Of a stretch of DNA of 64,000 bases, positions 9,009 to 16,920 are shown one piece after another. This stretch comes from a virus: positions 12,702 to 76,701 of the IMG/VR virus record IMGVR_UViG_3300025940_000007. The stretch is one strand, 5' to 3'. Made by a program: the position numbers and the translations under genes. The notes under the pieces were generated by a model. The model made no database searches. It saw only the letters and a program-made list of their open reading frames with translations, and was not told the origin of the DNA. Each line of letters begins with the position of its first letter. Position 1 is the stretch's first letter.

Positions 9009-9928
9009 TCGATCTTCCTCTCCAGTGCCAGCGCACGCAGATCGAACGGCGATTTCAGAATCGGATCGCTCGCCTCCACCCAATACGCTGGCCTGCCCTT
9101 GCGCCGCTCCTTCAGACGATCGTCGCTCGCCGCTTCATGTCCCCAGCACCAACCAATGATCCGGTAGTGCGGATGTTTCGCCGCGCAGACCAGAAGATAG
9201 GCGATGTCCGGTTTCCAGTATCGCAGATCGATCATCAGCGTGTGATAATCCTTGCTCCGCGTCTTCACGTCAATGAAGTCTGAGAAGTCGAGCTTGGCCT
9301 CGAACGGCCCATCGACCACCAGATGATTGATCGACCACGGGATGTCGGTGCCGAAGAAGATGCGCGTTGCGGCCTCGCCACGGTGGCCGTCGATCGTTGA
9401 CCGAACCCGCTCCTCATACGGGCGCCCCTCATCATCGGCGCCCCTGTCGATCGAGATCTCAAGGCGCCGCATCGCGATCGGATCAACGAAGTCGCAGTGG
9501 GACTGATCGAGCTTCACCCAGAGATCGCCGTCAACTATCTTCCACTTCTTCCGCGCTTCACCGTCACGGTCTTCTTGACGCGCGTCTTCGTCTTGTGAGG
9601 CTGGTCTTTGACGTTGAACGCTTTGTTCATCGCCTTGACGTTCTTCTCGATAATCACCTTGTTCCTCTCGACGCGGGCCTCGCGCATCTCGCGCAGTTGC
9701 TGCTCGCGCGGTCCGACCTTCGGTTTCTTTTCTTCGTGCTTCATTGTCCTGATCCTTTTTCGCTTCAAGAATGTAAAAATCATCACACCACTTGTCGATC
9801 GATTCCTGCGTGTAGCCGCGCGCGTTCATCTCTTTCCAAAACTGTTCGCGCGTCAGCTTGCCCTCGCCATACTGCCCGAGGAAGTAGCCGAGGATCTCGA
9901 AACTGGTTGACGGTTTGGTCTTGCTCAT
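9005..9928 (-). CDS. hypothetical protein (possibly two genes joined through a low-complexity linker)
   Basis: Long ORF; the C-terminal half has GEAA...DVKT, a PD-(D/E)xK-like pattern. Confidence 0.5.
   Translation of the reverse strand: MSKTKPSTSFEILGYFLGQYGEGKLTREQFWKEMNARGYTQESIDKWCDDFYILEAKKDQDNEARRKETEGRTARAATARDARGPRREEQGDYREERQGDEQSVQRQRPASQDEDARQEDRDGEARKKWKIVDGDLWVKLDQSHCDFVDPIAMRRLEISIDRGADDEGRPYEERVRSTIDGHRGEAATRIFFGTDIPWSINHLVVDGPFEAKLDFSDFIDVKTRSKDYHTLMIDLRYWKPDIAYLLVCAAKHPHYRIIGWCWGHEAASDDRLKERRKGRPAYWVEASDPILKSPFDLRALALERKIE
9535..9744 (-). CDS. small basic protein overlapping the ORF above in another frame
   Basis: AAGGA RBS, MKHEEKKPKVGPREQQLRE... Confidence 0.45.
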   Translation of the reverse strand: MKHEEKKPKVGPREQQLREMREARVERNKVIIEKNVKAMNKAFNVKDQPHKTKTRVKKTVTVKRGRSGR

Positions 9929-10091
9929 TGCTTCGGCCTCGGCTTGCAGGCGCGACAGAACCACATGCCGAGCTCACCCTTGCGAAGATAGACACCGACG
10001 CCGAACGGCGCATCGCCCTTGCCGCAGAGCGCGCAGTTATCGTGGATCAAGTGGCCGTCTTTGTCGTAGTGGGCGTTCGTCTTCTTCTCGC

Positions 10092-10460
10092 TCATGTCTT
10101 CTTCTCTCTCCTCTTCGCGCGGATGTGGATCAGGTTCGCTGGCTTGCCGAGCGAGTTGATGCCGACCATGATCGCGCGATCGATCAACTTCTTCCGCGCC
10201 ATCGGTTTCAGTCTAGGTGAAATGCTCCATCGATTGATGCCGGTCGCCGCTTCGAGATCGAGCGTAGTCATCCAGCCACCGTTCTCAAACGCGGCCTTGT
10301 AGACGATGGCCTCTCGCTTCGTTGCGCCATAGCTCGCGCGCCGCGCCGCTTCCTTCGAAGTCTCCGGGTCAGAGCTCCGGGCAAAGGCATCGCCCCGCTT
10401 CGGTGGCAGCGGATTGCCGAACAGATCTTTGTCGTCCTCCATCACTTGCTCCCTTTCCAC
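10092..10460 (-). CDS. winged-helix DNA-binding protein
   Basis: ARSSDPETS motif followed by MTTLDLEAATGINRWSISPRL. Confidence 0.7.
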   Translation of the reverse strand: MEREQVMEDDKDLFGNPLPPKRGDAFARSSDPETSKEAARRASYGATKREAIVYKAAFENGGWMTTLDLEAATGINRWSISPRLKPMARKKLIDRAIMVGINSLGKPANLIHIRAKRREKKT

Positions 10461-10762
10461 TTCCTCGCCGCGCGCCTCACGATTCGATAGAGGCCGGGCT
10501 CGTTGTATCCGCCGCGTTTCTCTCCCTTGATTTGAACGTCGGTCCCGGCCAGCAGATCGTTGATCTGATGAATGTGAACATGAACCGTCTTCACGTTGGT
10601 GCCATCCGGAAAACAGTGCGCTCGAATGCCAGCGAGGGTAACGCCCGGGTGCGCATGCACGAAATCAAAGATGCACGCCTTCATCGCCGGGAGATAAACG
10701 CCCTCACGTTTCTTCGGCGGCAGCGGTTGCCCGCAGCACCGACACATCGCTTGTCCGCTCAC
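10442..10762 (-). CDS. Zn-ribbon plus OmpR-like winged-helix protein
   Basis: CRCCGQP...KTVHVHIHQIN...GLYRI. Confidence 0.6.
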   Translation of the reverse strand: MSGQAMCRCCGQPLPPKKREGVYLPAMKACIFDFVHAHPGVTLAGIRAHCFPDGTNVKTVHVHIHQINDLLAGTDVQIKGEKRGGYNEPGLYRIVRRAARKWKGSK

Positions 10763-11253
10763 CCGTGCTGTTTCCTCGGTAGCGGAATCGGATTGGTGAA
10801 CATTCGGAAGTGCGTCGGACAATACGACGAGAGGCACCCGTTGTAGTCCGGGCCGCGTGGCTTGCCGCACACTCGCTGCAGCGCCCACGGTCCGCCTCGC
10901 GTTGGCATTATCGCCTTGCATCCGAAGCTATCGTTCTCCAGATACTCGATGCCAACGTGCTGCGCGATGACGTTGACCTCCTCTACAGTGACTGGCTTTC
11001 TCGGTGATACTTTCACGGCTGGCTTGCTCCTTGTTCGTGGTGATCTCTTCTTCACTGGTGCGGCGGTCTTCACTGGCGGCGCCACACCTCGCCGTTTGAA
11101 CGCTTCGTCGGGAAGGCGATATCGTCGGCCTGCGATCGAGTTGCGGCTAACAACATAGCCCGCATCTTTCATTCCCTGTGCGACGTAAGCGAGTGAGCCG
11201 CCTTCGTCCCATAACTTGATGAGCAGATCATCTGCTGCGTCGTTCCAAAGCAT
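10759..11253 (-). CDS. gcrA: GcrA-like cell-cycle transcriptional regulator
   Basis: W....L.KLW.EG.S......VSRNSIAG...RL N-terminus and C-terminal C...CG...SYCPTH. Confidence 0.8.
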   Translation of the reverse strand: MLWNDAADDLLIKLWDEGGSLAYVAQGMKDAGYVVSRNSIAGRRYRLPDEAFKRRGVAPPVKTAAPVKKRSPRTRSKPAVKVSPRKPVTVEEVNVIAQHVGIEYLENDSFGCKAIMPTRGGPWALQRVCGKPRGPDYNGCLSSYCPTHFRMFTNPIPLPRKQHG

Positions 11254-11479
11254 TGCTTGCCCTCTTTATTTTGAAAACGTCGGGGCGAATTTCCTCCGGG
11301 CTCAACTTCAACAGCGACACCAGCGGCATGACGTGCTTCGCCGGGACGCGCTTCCATTGCTGCACGGCCTGATACGTCAGACCGACTTCGCTCGCGATCG
11401 CCCTCGCGAGACCTTCGGCCACGGCGCGTCGCATCACCGCATCACGGCGAGCTTCGAGCAGTCCAACTTTCTTCTTCAT
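11228..11479 (-). CDS. Cro/YdaS-like transcriptional regulator
   Basis: LARAIASEVGLTYQAVQQWKRVPAKH...EEIRPDVF. Confidence 0.85.
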   Translation of the reverse strand: MKKKVGLLEARRDAVMRRAVAEGLARAIASEVGLTYQAVQQWKRVPAKHVMPLVSLLKLSPEEIRPDVFKIKRASNALERRSR

Positions 11480-11493
11480 TCGTTCACCCGCCC

Positions 11494-11509
11494 GTTGATA
11501 TAAATCAAC
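11494..11509. promoter_or_regulatory. inverted repeat, putative operator, in the divergent cro/tas promoter region
   Basis: GTTGAT-ataa-ATCAAC. Confidence 0.5.
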
Positions 11510-11548
11510 CCGACCTTAACCCACGGAGAATCATCGCGCAAGAAAATG

Positions 11549-11578
11549 TTGCATCGTACAAAAACAGCGTGTTACAAT
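11549..11578 (+). promoter_or_regulatory. sigma70-like promoter for the guide/tas operon
   Basis: TTGCAT-18 nt-TACAAT with TG extension; predicted start falls at the GNRA hairpin at 11585. Confidence 0.6.
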
Positions 11579-11584
11579 TCGCAC

Positions 11585-11653
11585 GCCGAGTAATCGGCAC
11601 GAGCCCCGGCCAATGTTCGGTTGAAACCCTATAAATCAATGCCGGGGCTCACC
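11585..11653 (+). ncRNA. solitary TIGR-like guide unit preceded by a GTAA-tetraloop hairpin
   Basis: gagccccggc-ca-ATGTTCGGT-tgaaaccct-ATAAATCAA-tg-ccggggctc (11601-11650). Confidence 0.85.
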
Positions 11654-11671
11654 TCTAATTTAGGAGCAACC

Positions 11672-12316
11672 ATGAGCATCAGATCAATCGCCATCGCGGC
11701 TCTACGCGAGCACGGTGGCAAGCCCGAGAAGGCTACCGCTGCGTTTGTGCAGGCGGCGCGCAAGGCGGGCAAGCTCAATGAGCTCGCTCTGGTTTATCTG
11801 CGGATGATCGCCTCGCAGGGCATCGTTGATGCGGTCGCTACGGGCGCCAGTAGCGGCACCGAAAAACCGGTCAGCCCGCGCGTCGCCGCCGTGCTGTCGG
11901 CGCCCAGATCGAACGTCACACCGATCGACACAGCCCGCCGATCGCCCTCCCGCAAGCTCGCCGCACGTGGCGCAATGGCCGAGAGCGTCGAGGCGGTTTA
12001 CGAAATGCAGTTCGACGGTCGCGCGCTCGGTCGCGTGCAGTTCGGGCAGTTGATCACGATGAAGCGGGAGTTCATCGAGGATGCGGCGTCGATGCTCGAA
12101 CACGGCAAACTGTTTGTGCGCAATGCGGTGCTCGCTGGCTTGATCCACGATCACTGCGTCGCTGCGGACGATCTCGCCGAGGTGCGTACGCTGGTCGCGC
12201 CGAAGAAGCTCGCCGCTATGGTCGCACAAGCGGATCGAGAAGCACCAAAGAGAATCGCCGAGGCCACGAGGCGCGCGGCGGAAGCAATGGCAACACCAAA
12301 GGAGCTAGCACGATGA
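11672..12316 (+). CDS. hypothetical protein translationally coupled to the tas gene
   Basis: AGGAG RBS, ATG at 11672, ATGA overlap with 12313. Confidence 0.75.
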   Translation: MSIRSIAIAALREHGGKPEKATAAFVQAARKAGKLNELALVYLRMIASQGIVDAVATGASSGTEKPVSPRVAAVLSAPRSNVTPIDTARRSPSRKLAARGAMAESVEAVYEMQFDGRALGRVQFGQLITMKREFIEDAASMLEHGKLFVRNAVLAGLIHDHCVAADDLAEVRTLVAPKKLAAMVAQADREAPKRIAEATRRAAEAMATPKELAR

Positions 12317-13284
12317 AGAAGCCCACCAAGACGCCCGCGAAGAAGACCGCCGTCAAGAAGACTGCGAAGAAATCCGCTCCCAAAAAGAGCGGGAGCCCGG
12401 CCAGTCTCGCCATGAAATCCTCTGATGGATTGCCGGGCTCACAAATCCTCGACAAGATCATCGAGAGCCACCGTGCGCGGCGGTTCGCGATGGGCATCCA
12501 GCAAGTGCTGGATCGCAAAGTCGAGAGCTATGTCCGGATCAACTTCACCGAATGGAATGCGAACGACGCCGAGGACAGCCGTGCGAAGTCCAACGCCGAG
12601 GCGCTGGCGCTGCTCAAGGCGGCACGCGAGGGTGAAGGTGACGATGAGCTCATCCGCGCGGTGACGATGTCGGACAACGCCCGGGCGCATGCCGACGCCG
12701 AGCGCCTGCGCCACGAGAAGGTGATGACGTCGCTGGCCAAGGATCTGCCGATCGCACCGTGGATCGACTCGGTGCCGGGCCTCGGCTTGCTCGGTGTCGC
12801 CACGATCCTCGCTGAGACTGGCGATCTGTCGAAGTATGCGAACGTCGCCAAGGTTTGGAAGCGCCTTGGCTATGCTCCGTACAACGGACTCGCTGGCTCG
12901 ACGTGGAAGCGACCGAAATGGCGCAACGGTGAGCCCGCGCTCAGTGCCGAAGAGTGGACGCTCAATCCGTTCAACGGGAAGCGCTACGGGATGTTGTTCT
13001 CGATCTCCGACTCGCTGCTCCGCAAACAGTGGATCGGCAAAGCGAAGACCGAGGACGGCAAAGGCAAGGCCGATGGCAAATACGGCGCCGTATACGAGAA
13101 GCGCCGCGAGCACACTGCGGTGACGCACCCGGAGTGGACACCGAAGCACAGCCAGATGGACGGCCTTCGCATCATGATGAAGGAAGTCATTAAGGATCTG
13201 TGGGTCGAATGGAATCGACACGCAGCGGACGGGCGCCACACTTCTCGTGATCCCCTTGGGACGGATGCGCCCGTCCAACTCTAA
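12313..13284 (+). CDS. TIGR-associated Nop-domain RNA-binding protein (TasA-like; no RuvC or HNH visible)
   Basis: IS110/Nop-like core WIDSVPGLGLLGVATILAETGDLSKYANVAKVWKRLGYAP and C-terminal H...LR...K..IKDLWVEW; no DEDD or HNH motif; directly followed by a dual-spacer array. Confidence 0.85.
   Translation: MKKPTKTPAKKTAVKKTAKKSAPKKSGSPASLAMKSSDGLPGSQILDKIIESHRARRFAMGIQQVLDRKVESYVRINFTEWNANDAEDSRAKSNAEALALLKAAREGEGDDELIRAVTMSDNARAHADAERLRHEKVMTSLAKDLPIAPWIDSVPGLGLLGVATILAETGDLSKYANVAKVWKRLGYAPYNGLAGSTWKRPKWRNGEPALSAEEWTLNPFNGKRYGMLFSISDSLLRKQWIGKAKTEDGKGKADGKYGAVYEKRREHTAVTHPEWTPKHSQMDGLRIMMKEVIKDLWVEWNRHAADGRHTSRDPLGTDAPVQL
12393..12440 (+). ncRNA. TIGR-like guide unit inside the 5' part of the tas CDS
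   Basis: gagcccggc-ca-GTCTCGCCA-tgaaatcct-CTGATGGAT-tg-ccgggctc. Confidence 0.75.
13227..13276 (+). ncRNA. TIGR-like guide unit inside the 3' end of the tas CDS
   Basis: ggacgggcgc-ca-CACTTCTCG-tgatcccct-TGGGACGGA-tg-cgcccgtcc. Confidence 0.8.
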
Positions 13285-13285
13285 T

Positions 13286-13774
13286 CGGTCGCCATCGTCC
13301 CGTTGAAAACCAACGCCTTGGTGCGACCGCGAGCCCCGGCCTGCTGCGCTGTGAAGCCCACGAGGGTGCCGCCGGGGCTCACCTATTCGAGATCGTCTGC
13401 AGCGATGCAGGCGAGAGCCAGAGACCACCTAACGCGCGGAGCCCATTATTGCTCTGTCTCTGGCTCACCAATTCAAGACACGGTCGCCTCAGTGCTTGTG
13501 AAGCCCAGAGATGGCATGCGACCGTAGAGCCACGGCCCGTTGTACTTGCGAAGACCAAAGGTCACTTGGCCGTGGCTCACCCATTCAAGATCACCGCCAG
13601 CGATGGCGGTGCGAGCCCCGGCCACACTGCTTGTGAAGCCCGTTCTCGGATTGCCGGGGCTCACCTAATTCGAACTACGGTCGCCACGATGCAGATGGAA
13701 ACCAACCAGCCGATGCGACCGCGAGCCCCGGCCACTCCTCGGATGGAAAACCCATGCGCTATTTGCCGGGGCTC
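13286..13774 (+). ncRNA. stem-loop TIGR-like array 1 (8 guide units and 2 empty GCGA hairpins)
   Basis: Alternating cggtcgc/gcgaccg and gagccccggc/gccggggctc stems, each enclosing CC(A)-N9-TGAAGCCCA-like-N9-TG. Confidence 0.9.
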
Positions 13775-14051
13775 ACCTCTTCTTCCGCTTACCGAAGATG
13801 TCGGGCCGAATCTCTTCGGGCGTCATTTCGATCAGCGGTGCAATATCGAGCACGTGGTGCGCGGGTACTTTATTCCACGCGGCTACGTTCTGGTGAGACA
13901 CATTGAGATGTCGAGCAATGACACTCGCAAAGCCGGGTTTGCTGAAGATCATCTTCATGACGTGATCGCGCTGCGAGTCACGTCGTTCGCTTGATCGTCT
14001 CATGATCTCGCCGCGCATAAAGCGCGCGGCCTCCACTGCTGTGCTGCTCAT
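13773..14051 (-). CDS. second Cro/YdaS-like regulator
   Basis: IARHLNVSHQNVAAWNKVPAHH...EEIRPDIFG; paralogous to 11228-11479. Confidence 0.8.
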   Translation of the reverse strand: MSSTAVEAARFMRGEIMRRSSERRDSQRDHVMKMIFSKPGFASVIARHLNVSHQNVAAWNKVPAHHVLDIAPLIEMTPEEIRPDIFGKRKKR

Positions 14052-14108
14052 TGTCAGGCTTCCTTTGTTAGAGTGCTAACGAACTTACTGAGAGGAGAAC
14101 ATAGCCAC

Positions 14109-14136
14109 TTGAATTAAATTATCAACCGCCTACATT
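14109..14136 (+). promoter_or_regulatory. putative sigma70 promoter
   Basis: TTGAAT-16 nt-TACATT in the AT-rich divergent intergenic region. Confidence 0.4.
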
Positions 14137-14193
14137 GCAATCCAACTACCGCTTGAACTGCCCCAACCCATCCCCCACAGGAGACCACCCGAG

Positions 14194-15003
14194 ATGAAAT
14201 TCCCCAACATGGTTGCCGCCGCCGACGCCCGCGCAAAGCATCTGAAGGACGCAGAGGGCCGCGATCTCTGGCTTCTGGGCGCCGCGACACTCAAGGATTG
14301 CGGCGACGAGATCTTGACCGAGGAGAAGACAATCTCCTCCAGCAAACGTGCGATCAAAGCGCTGGAGAGCGCCGCGAAAGAACTGGCGAAGCACGGGCAC
14401 GAGTACAGCCACATCACCCTGCGCCAGATGGCGGAGACGGTGCTGGCCTTCCCGGCATCCCGGCGCCACGAGGGCGTGACGTTCTTCACGCACACCGAGG
14501 CGCGCAATCCCGACTTGCTCGACTGGATGGTGAAGCAAGTGGGCAAGGAAAAGCTCAGCGGACGCGTCGCCCGTGAGCTCGTCACCCGCTGGTACAATCT
14601 GCAAGCCAACCAGCGCCGCGAGAAGATCGAAGCGGCGAAGGACAAGAAGCGGGCCGCGACTACGCTTGAGGACAAGCGGGCCGCGACGAAAGAGATCAAA
14701 GAATTGGGCAGCACCATGCCGACGCCGAAAGCGTTTCTGGCGCCGCCCGATGAAGACAACCAGCACGCGCTGGCTGTCATGGCGGACGTGCTCAGCATCG
14801 ACGCTGATGCAATGTCCGTGACGCGCACGCTGAGGACCAACCTCTCCGCGTTGCGCAAGATGGGCGAGATCGATCCTGATTTCGTGGGCTCTCTGATCGA
14901 GCATCACGAACAGATTGTCGAGGTCGCCAAGCAGATCGTTAGCGTCCTCAAGGATGCGAAGCGCAACAGGTTCACCACGATCGAAGGAGGAAAGTCAGCA
15001 TGA
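14194..15003 (+). CDS. hypothetical DNA-binding protein (LmbU-like HTH segment)
   Basis: YSHITLRQMAETVLAFPASRRHEGVTFFTH resembles the phage/LmbU motif Y.TL..YA.VA..F..SRR...LS..HH; AGGAG RBS. Confidence 0.5.
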   Translation: MKFPNMVAAADARAKHLKDAEGRDLWLLGAATLKDCGDEILTEEKTISSSKRAIKALESAAKELAKHGHEYSHITLRQMAETVLAFPASRRHEGVTFFTHTEARNPDLLDWMVKQVGKEKLSGRVARELVTRWYNLQANQRREKIEAAKDKKRAATTLEDKRAATKEIKELGSTMPTPKAFLAPPDEDNQHALAVMADVLSIDADAMSVTRTLRTNLSALRKMGEIDPDFVGSLIEHHEQIVEVAKQIVSVLKDAKRNRFTTIEGGKSA

Positions 15004-15602
15004 CTTTAAGAGTAGTAGGAGGCACCACCGCTGCCAATAACGGCAGCGGCGGTGGAGGCGGTCGCGGTGGGCGCGGTCGCGGTCGCGGTCCCACACCGCC
15101 GCCGCCCCGCGCCTTCAAGCCGCACGAGCTTGCGGATCACTTGTGGAACGCGCTGTTTCCGAGTGGAGTGACGTCGATCTATCGCATCGCAACGTTGATG
15201 TCGAGATCGGCGGGCATCGAAGTCTCGGTCGCCACGGTGCGTATGGTGATCGATCACGTCAGGAAAAACCACGCCTCGTATGGCTGGTCGGTCCCGCCGG
15301 TTGAAAAAGGCCGCACGGGCGCGAACAGGAAATACATCGCGGCGCCGGAAGACGTGAACGATCCGGATAACGCGGTCACCGCAGCCGAAGCGGATGGCCA
15401 TCAGGAAGCGGTGCAGCGTGGTATGGTCTCCACGATGCGCACGATCACCACCAACGGCGAGCGTGCCGGTGCATCAGTTGATCTGTTCGCCAACTCGCTC
15501 AATGTTTCGCGCGGCGATAAGCGGTTGCTGCGTGGTGCCGGTGCGGCGCTGACTGGCGCGGCAGCGATCATTAAGGACGTGCTCACCCGCATGGGCGTGT
15601 AG
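15000..15602 (+). CDS. hypothetical protein with Gly/Arg-rich N-terminus
   Basis: ATGA-coupled; GGAGG RBS. Confidence 0.65.
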   Translation: MTLRVVGGTTAANNGSGGGGGRGGRGRGRGPTPPPPRAFKPHELADHLWNALFPSGVTSIYRIATLMSRSAGIEVSVATVRMVIDHVRKNHASYGWSVPPVEKGRTGANRKYIAAPEDVNDPDNAVTAAEADGHQEAVQRGMVSTMRTITTNGERAGASVDLFANSLNVSRGDKRLLRGAGAALTGAAAIIKDVLTRMGV

Positions 15603-15706
15603 TCCTCAACAGTTGACGCCCGGGACTCTTGCCCCCAAGCCCAGCCCGGGCTTCATGAGCCCGCGCCGTCCACCTCCACCGAGGTGAGGCGGCGCGGGTG
15701 ACTACC

Positions 15707-15759
15707 GAGCCCCGGCTGTGGATCAGTTGAAGCCCTACCTACCTTTGCCGGGGCTCACC
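15707..15759 (+). ncRNA. solitary TIGR-like guide unit in the 5' UTR of recE
   Basis: gagccccggc-tg-TGGATCAGT-tgaagccct-ACCTACCTT-tg-ccggggctc. Confidence 0.8.
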
Positions 15760-15784
15760 CTTTTTCAAACTCAAGGAGCAACAG

Positions 15785-16714
15785 ATGCAAGTGCGCAAGT
15801 GGGACGGACTCCCGATATCGAAGCCCGGTTGGGTCAGCGGAATTCCGATCGAACGCTATCACAGTGCCGGGATCTGCAACGGCCCGTCTGTGAGCTCTTC
15901 AAATCTGCGTCGGTGCTGGACGCACAGCCCCGCGCACATGTTCGCGCAGTGGGCAGAGAATCCGAACGCAGAGCCGAAAGAGGCGACGCGTCAGATGGTG
16001 CTCGGGCAGGCAGCGCATCACTTGCTGCTCGGTGAGGATGGCTTCTCAACAAAGTTCGTCGCGCAGCCGCCGGAATATCCGGACAAGAAAACTGGCGAGA
16101 AGAAAAAGTGGCACAACGGCGCCGAGTTTTGCAAGGCGTGGAACGCCAAGCAGATTGGCAAGACCATCGTGACCGTTGAGGAGTTGCAATCCATCATCGC
16201 GATGTCGCGCTCGCTCGCGCTGGAGCCGCTCGTCAAGGAAGGCCTGCTGACCGGCCACGTTGAGACGTCCGGATTCATTCGTGACGGCGAGACAGGTTTG
16301 TGGATCAAGGTCCGGCCCGACGTGATCCCGACCGATGGCGGCGACTTCGCGGATCTCAAAACCGCGAACGAGGTGACGACCGTTGCGCTGATGTCGGCGA
16401 TCCGGACCTACGCGCTCCACATGCAGGGTGCATTAATCTGGGAAGTCGCGGAGACGCTCGGCCAGCCGTTCGAGAGCTTCGTGTTGATGTTCATCGAGAC
16501 GCAGAATCCATACTGTGCACGCGTGGCGCCGATGGATGACAAGGATCTGAGTTTCGGGCGCCAGCAGAACCGCTTGATGCTGCGGACGATCAAGGGATGT
16601 ATGGAGGCGAACCACTTCCCGGGTCCGGGCGAGGGCGATCTGCGACCGCTGCCGCTGTCGAACGACGAGCGCTCGCGGATCGAGGAGCGTCTGAAATTGG
16701 AGAATGCATTATGA
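15785..16714 (+). CDS. RecE/exonuclease VIII-like PD-(D/E)xK nuclease (DUF3799 type)
   Basis: YH...SSSNL...SPAH, G.AAH.LLL, KVRPD...ADLKT, Y..H.Q motifs. Confidence 0.88.
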   Translation: MQVRKWDGLPISKPGWVSGIPIERYHSAGICNGPSVSSSNLRRCWTHSPAHMFAQWAENPNAEPKEATRQMVLGQAAHHLLLGEDGFSTKFVAQPPEYPDKKTGEKKKWHNGAEFCKAWNAKQIGKTIVTVEELQSIIAMSRSLALEPLVKEGLLTGHVETSGFIRDGETGLWIKVRPDVIPTDGGDFADLKTANEVTTVALMSAIRTYALHMQGALIWEVAETLGQPFESFVLMFIETQNPYCARVAPMDDKDLSFGRQQNRLMLRTIKGCMEANHFPGPGEGDLRPLPLSNDERSRIEERLKLENAL

Positions 16715-16920
16715 GAAAGCCGGGCGGACAGAAGGCGCGCGGTTTCTATCTGGCGATGTGCGACAAGCCGAACTGCGGCCCGCACATCATTGCCTTCGAC
16801 AGGAACGAGGTGCCGATCTGCGACGTCGCCATCCCGCTGGACGGCGTCCGCTCGCTGATACAGGCGCTGCAGCGCATGTCGTACATCAAGGCTGTGGAGC
16901 AGGATGATGAAGGAGACTGA
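16711..16920 (+). CDS. hypothetical protein
   Basis: ATGA-coupled; GGAG RBS. Confidence 0.55.
   Translation: MRKPGGQKARGFYLAMCDKPNCGPHIIAFDRNEVPICDVAIPLDGVRSLIQALQRMSYIKAVEQDDEGD

Noticed and set aside
11841-11886. Possible degenerate guide unit inside gene 11672-12316 (cca gtagcggcac cgaaaaaccg gtcagcccg cg)
   Set aside because: Spacer and loop lengths are off and there is no convincing stem; not counted
12313-13284. IS110/IS1111 transposase (insertion sequence)
   Set aside because: No N-terminal DEDD RuvC motif and no IS ends; the associated multi-unit dual-spacer arrays fit Tas better
14121-14158. Guide-like string cgcctacat-tgcaatcca-actaccgct-tg
   Set aside because: Lacks the 5' CC motif and a stem, and overlaps a promoter-like sequence; probably chance
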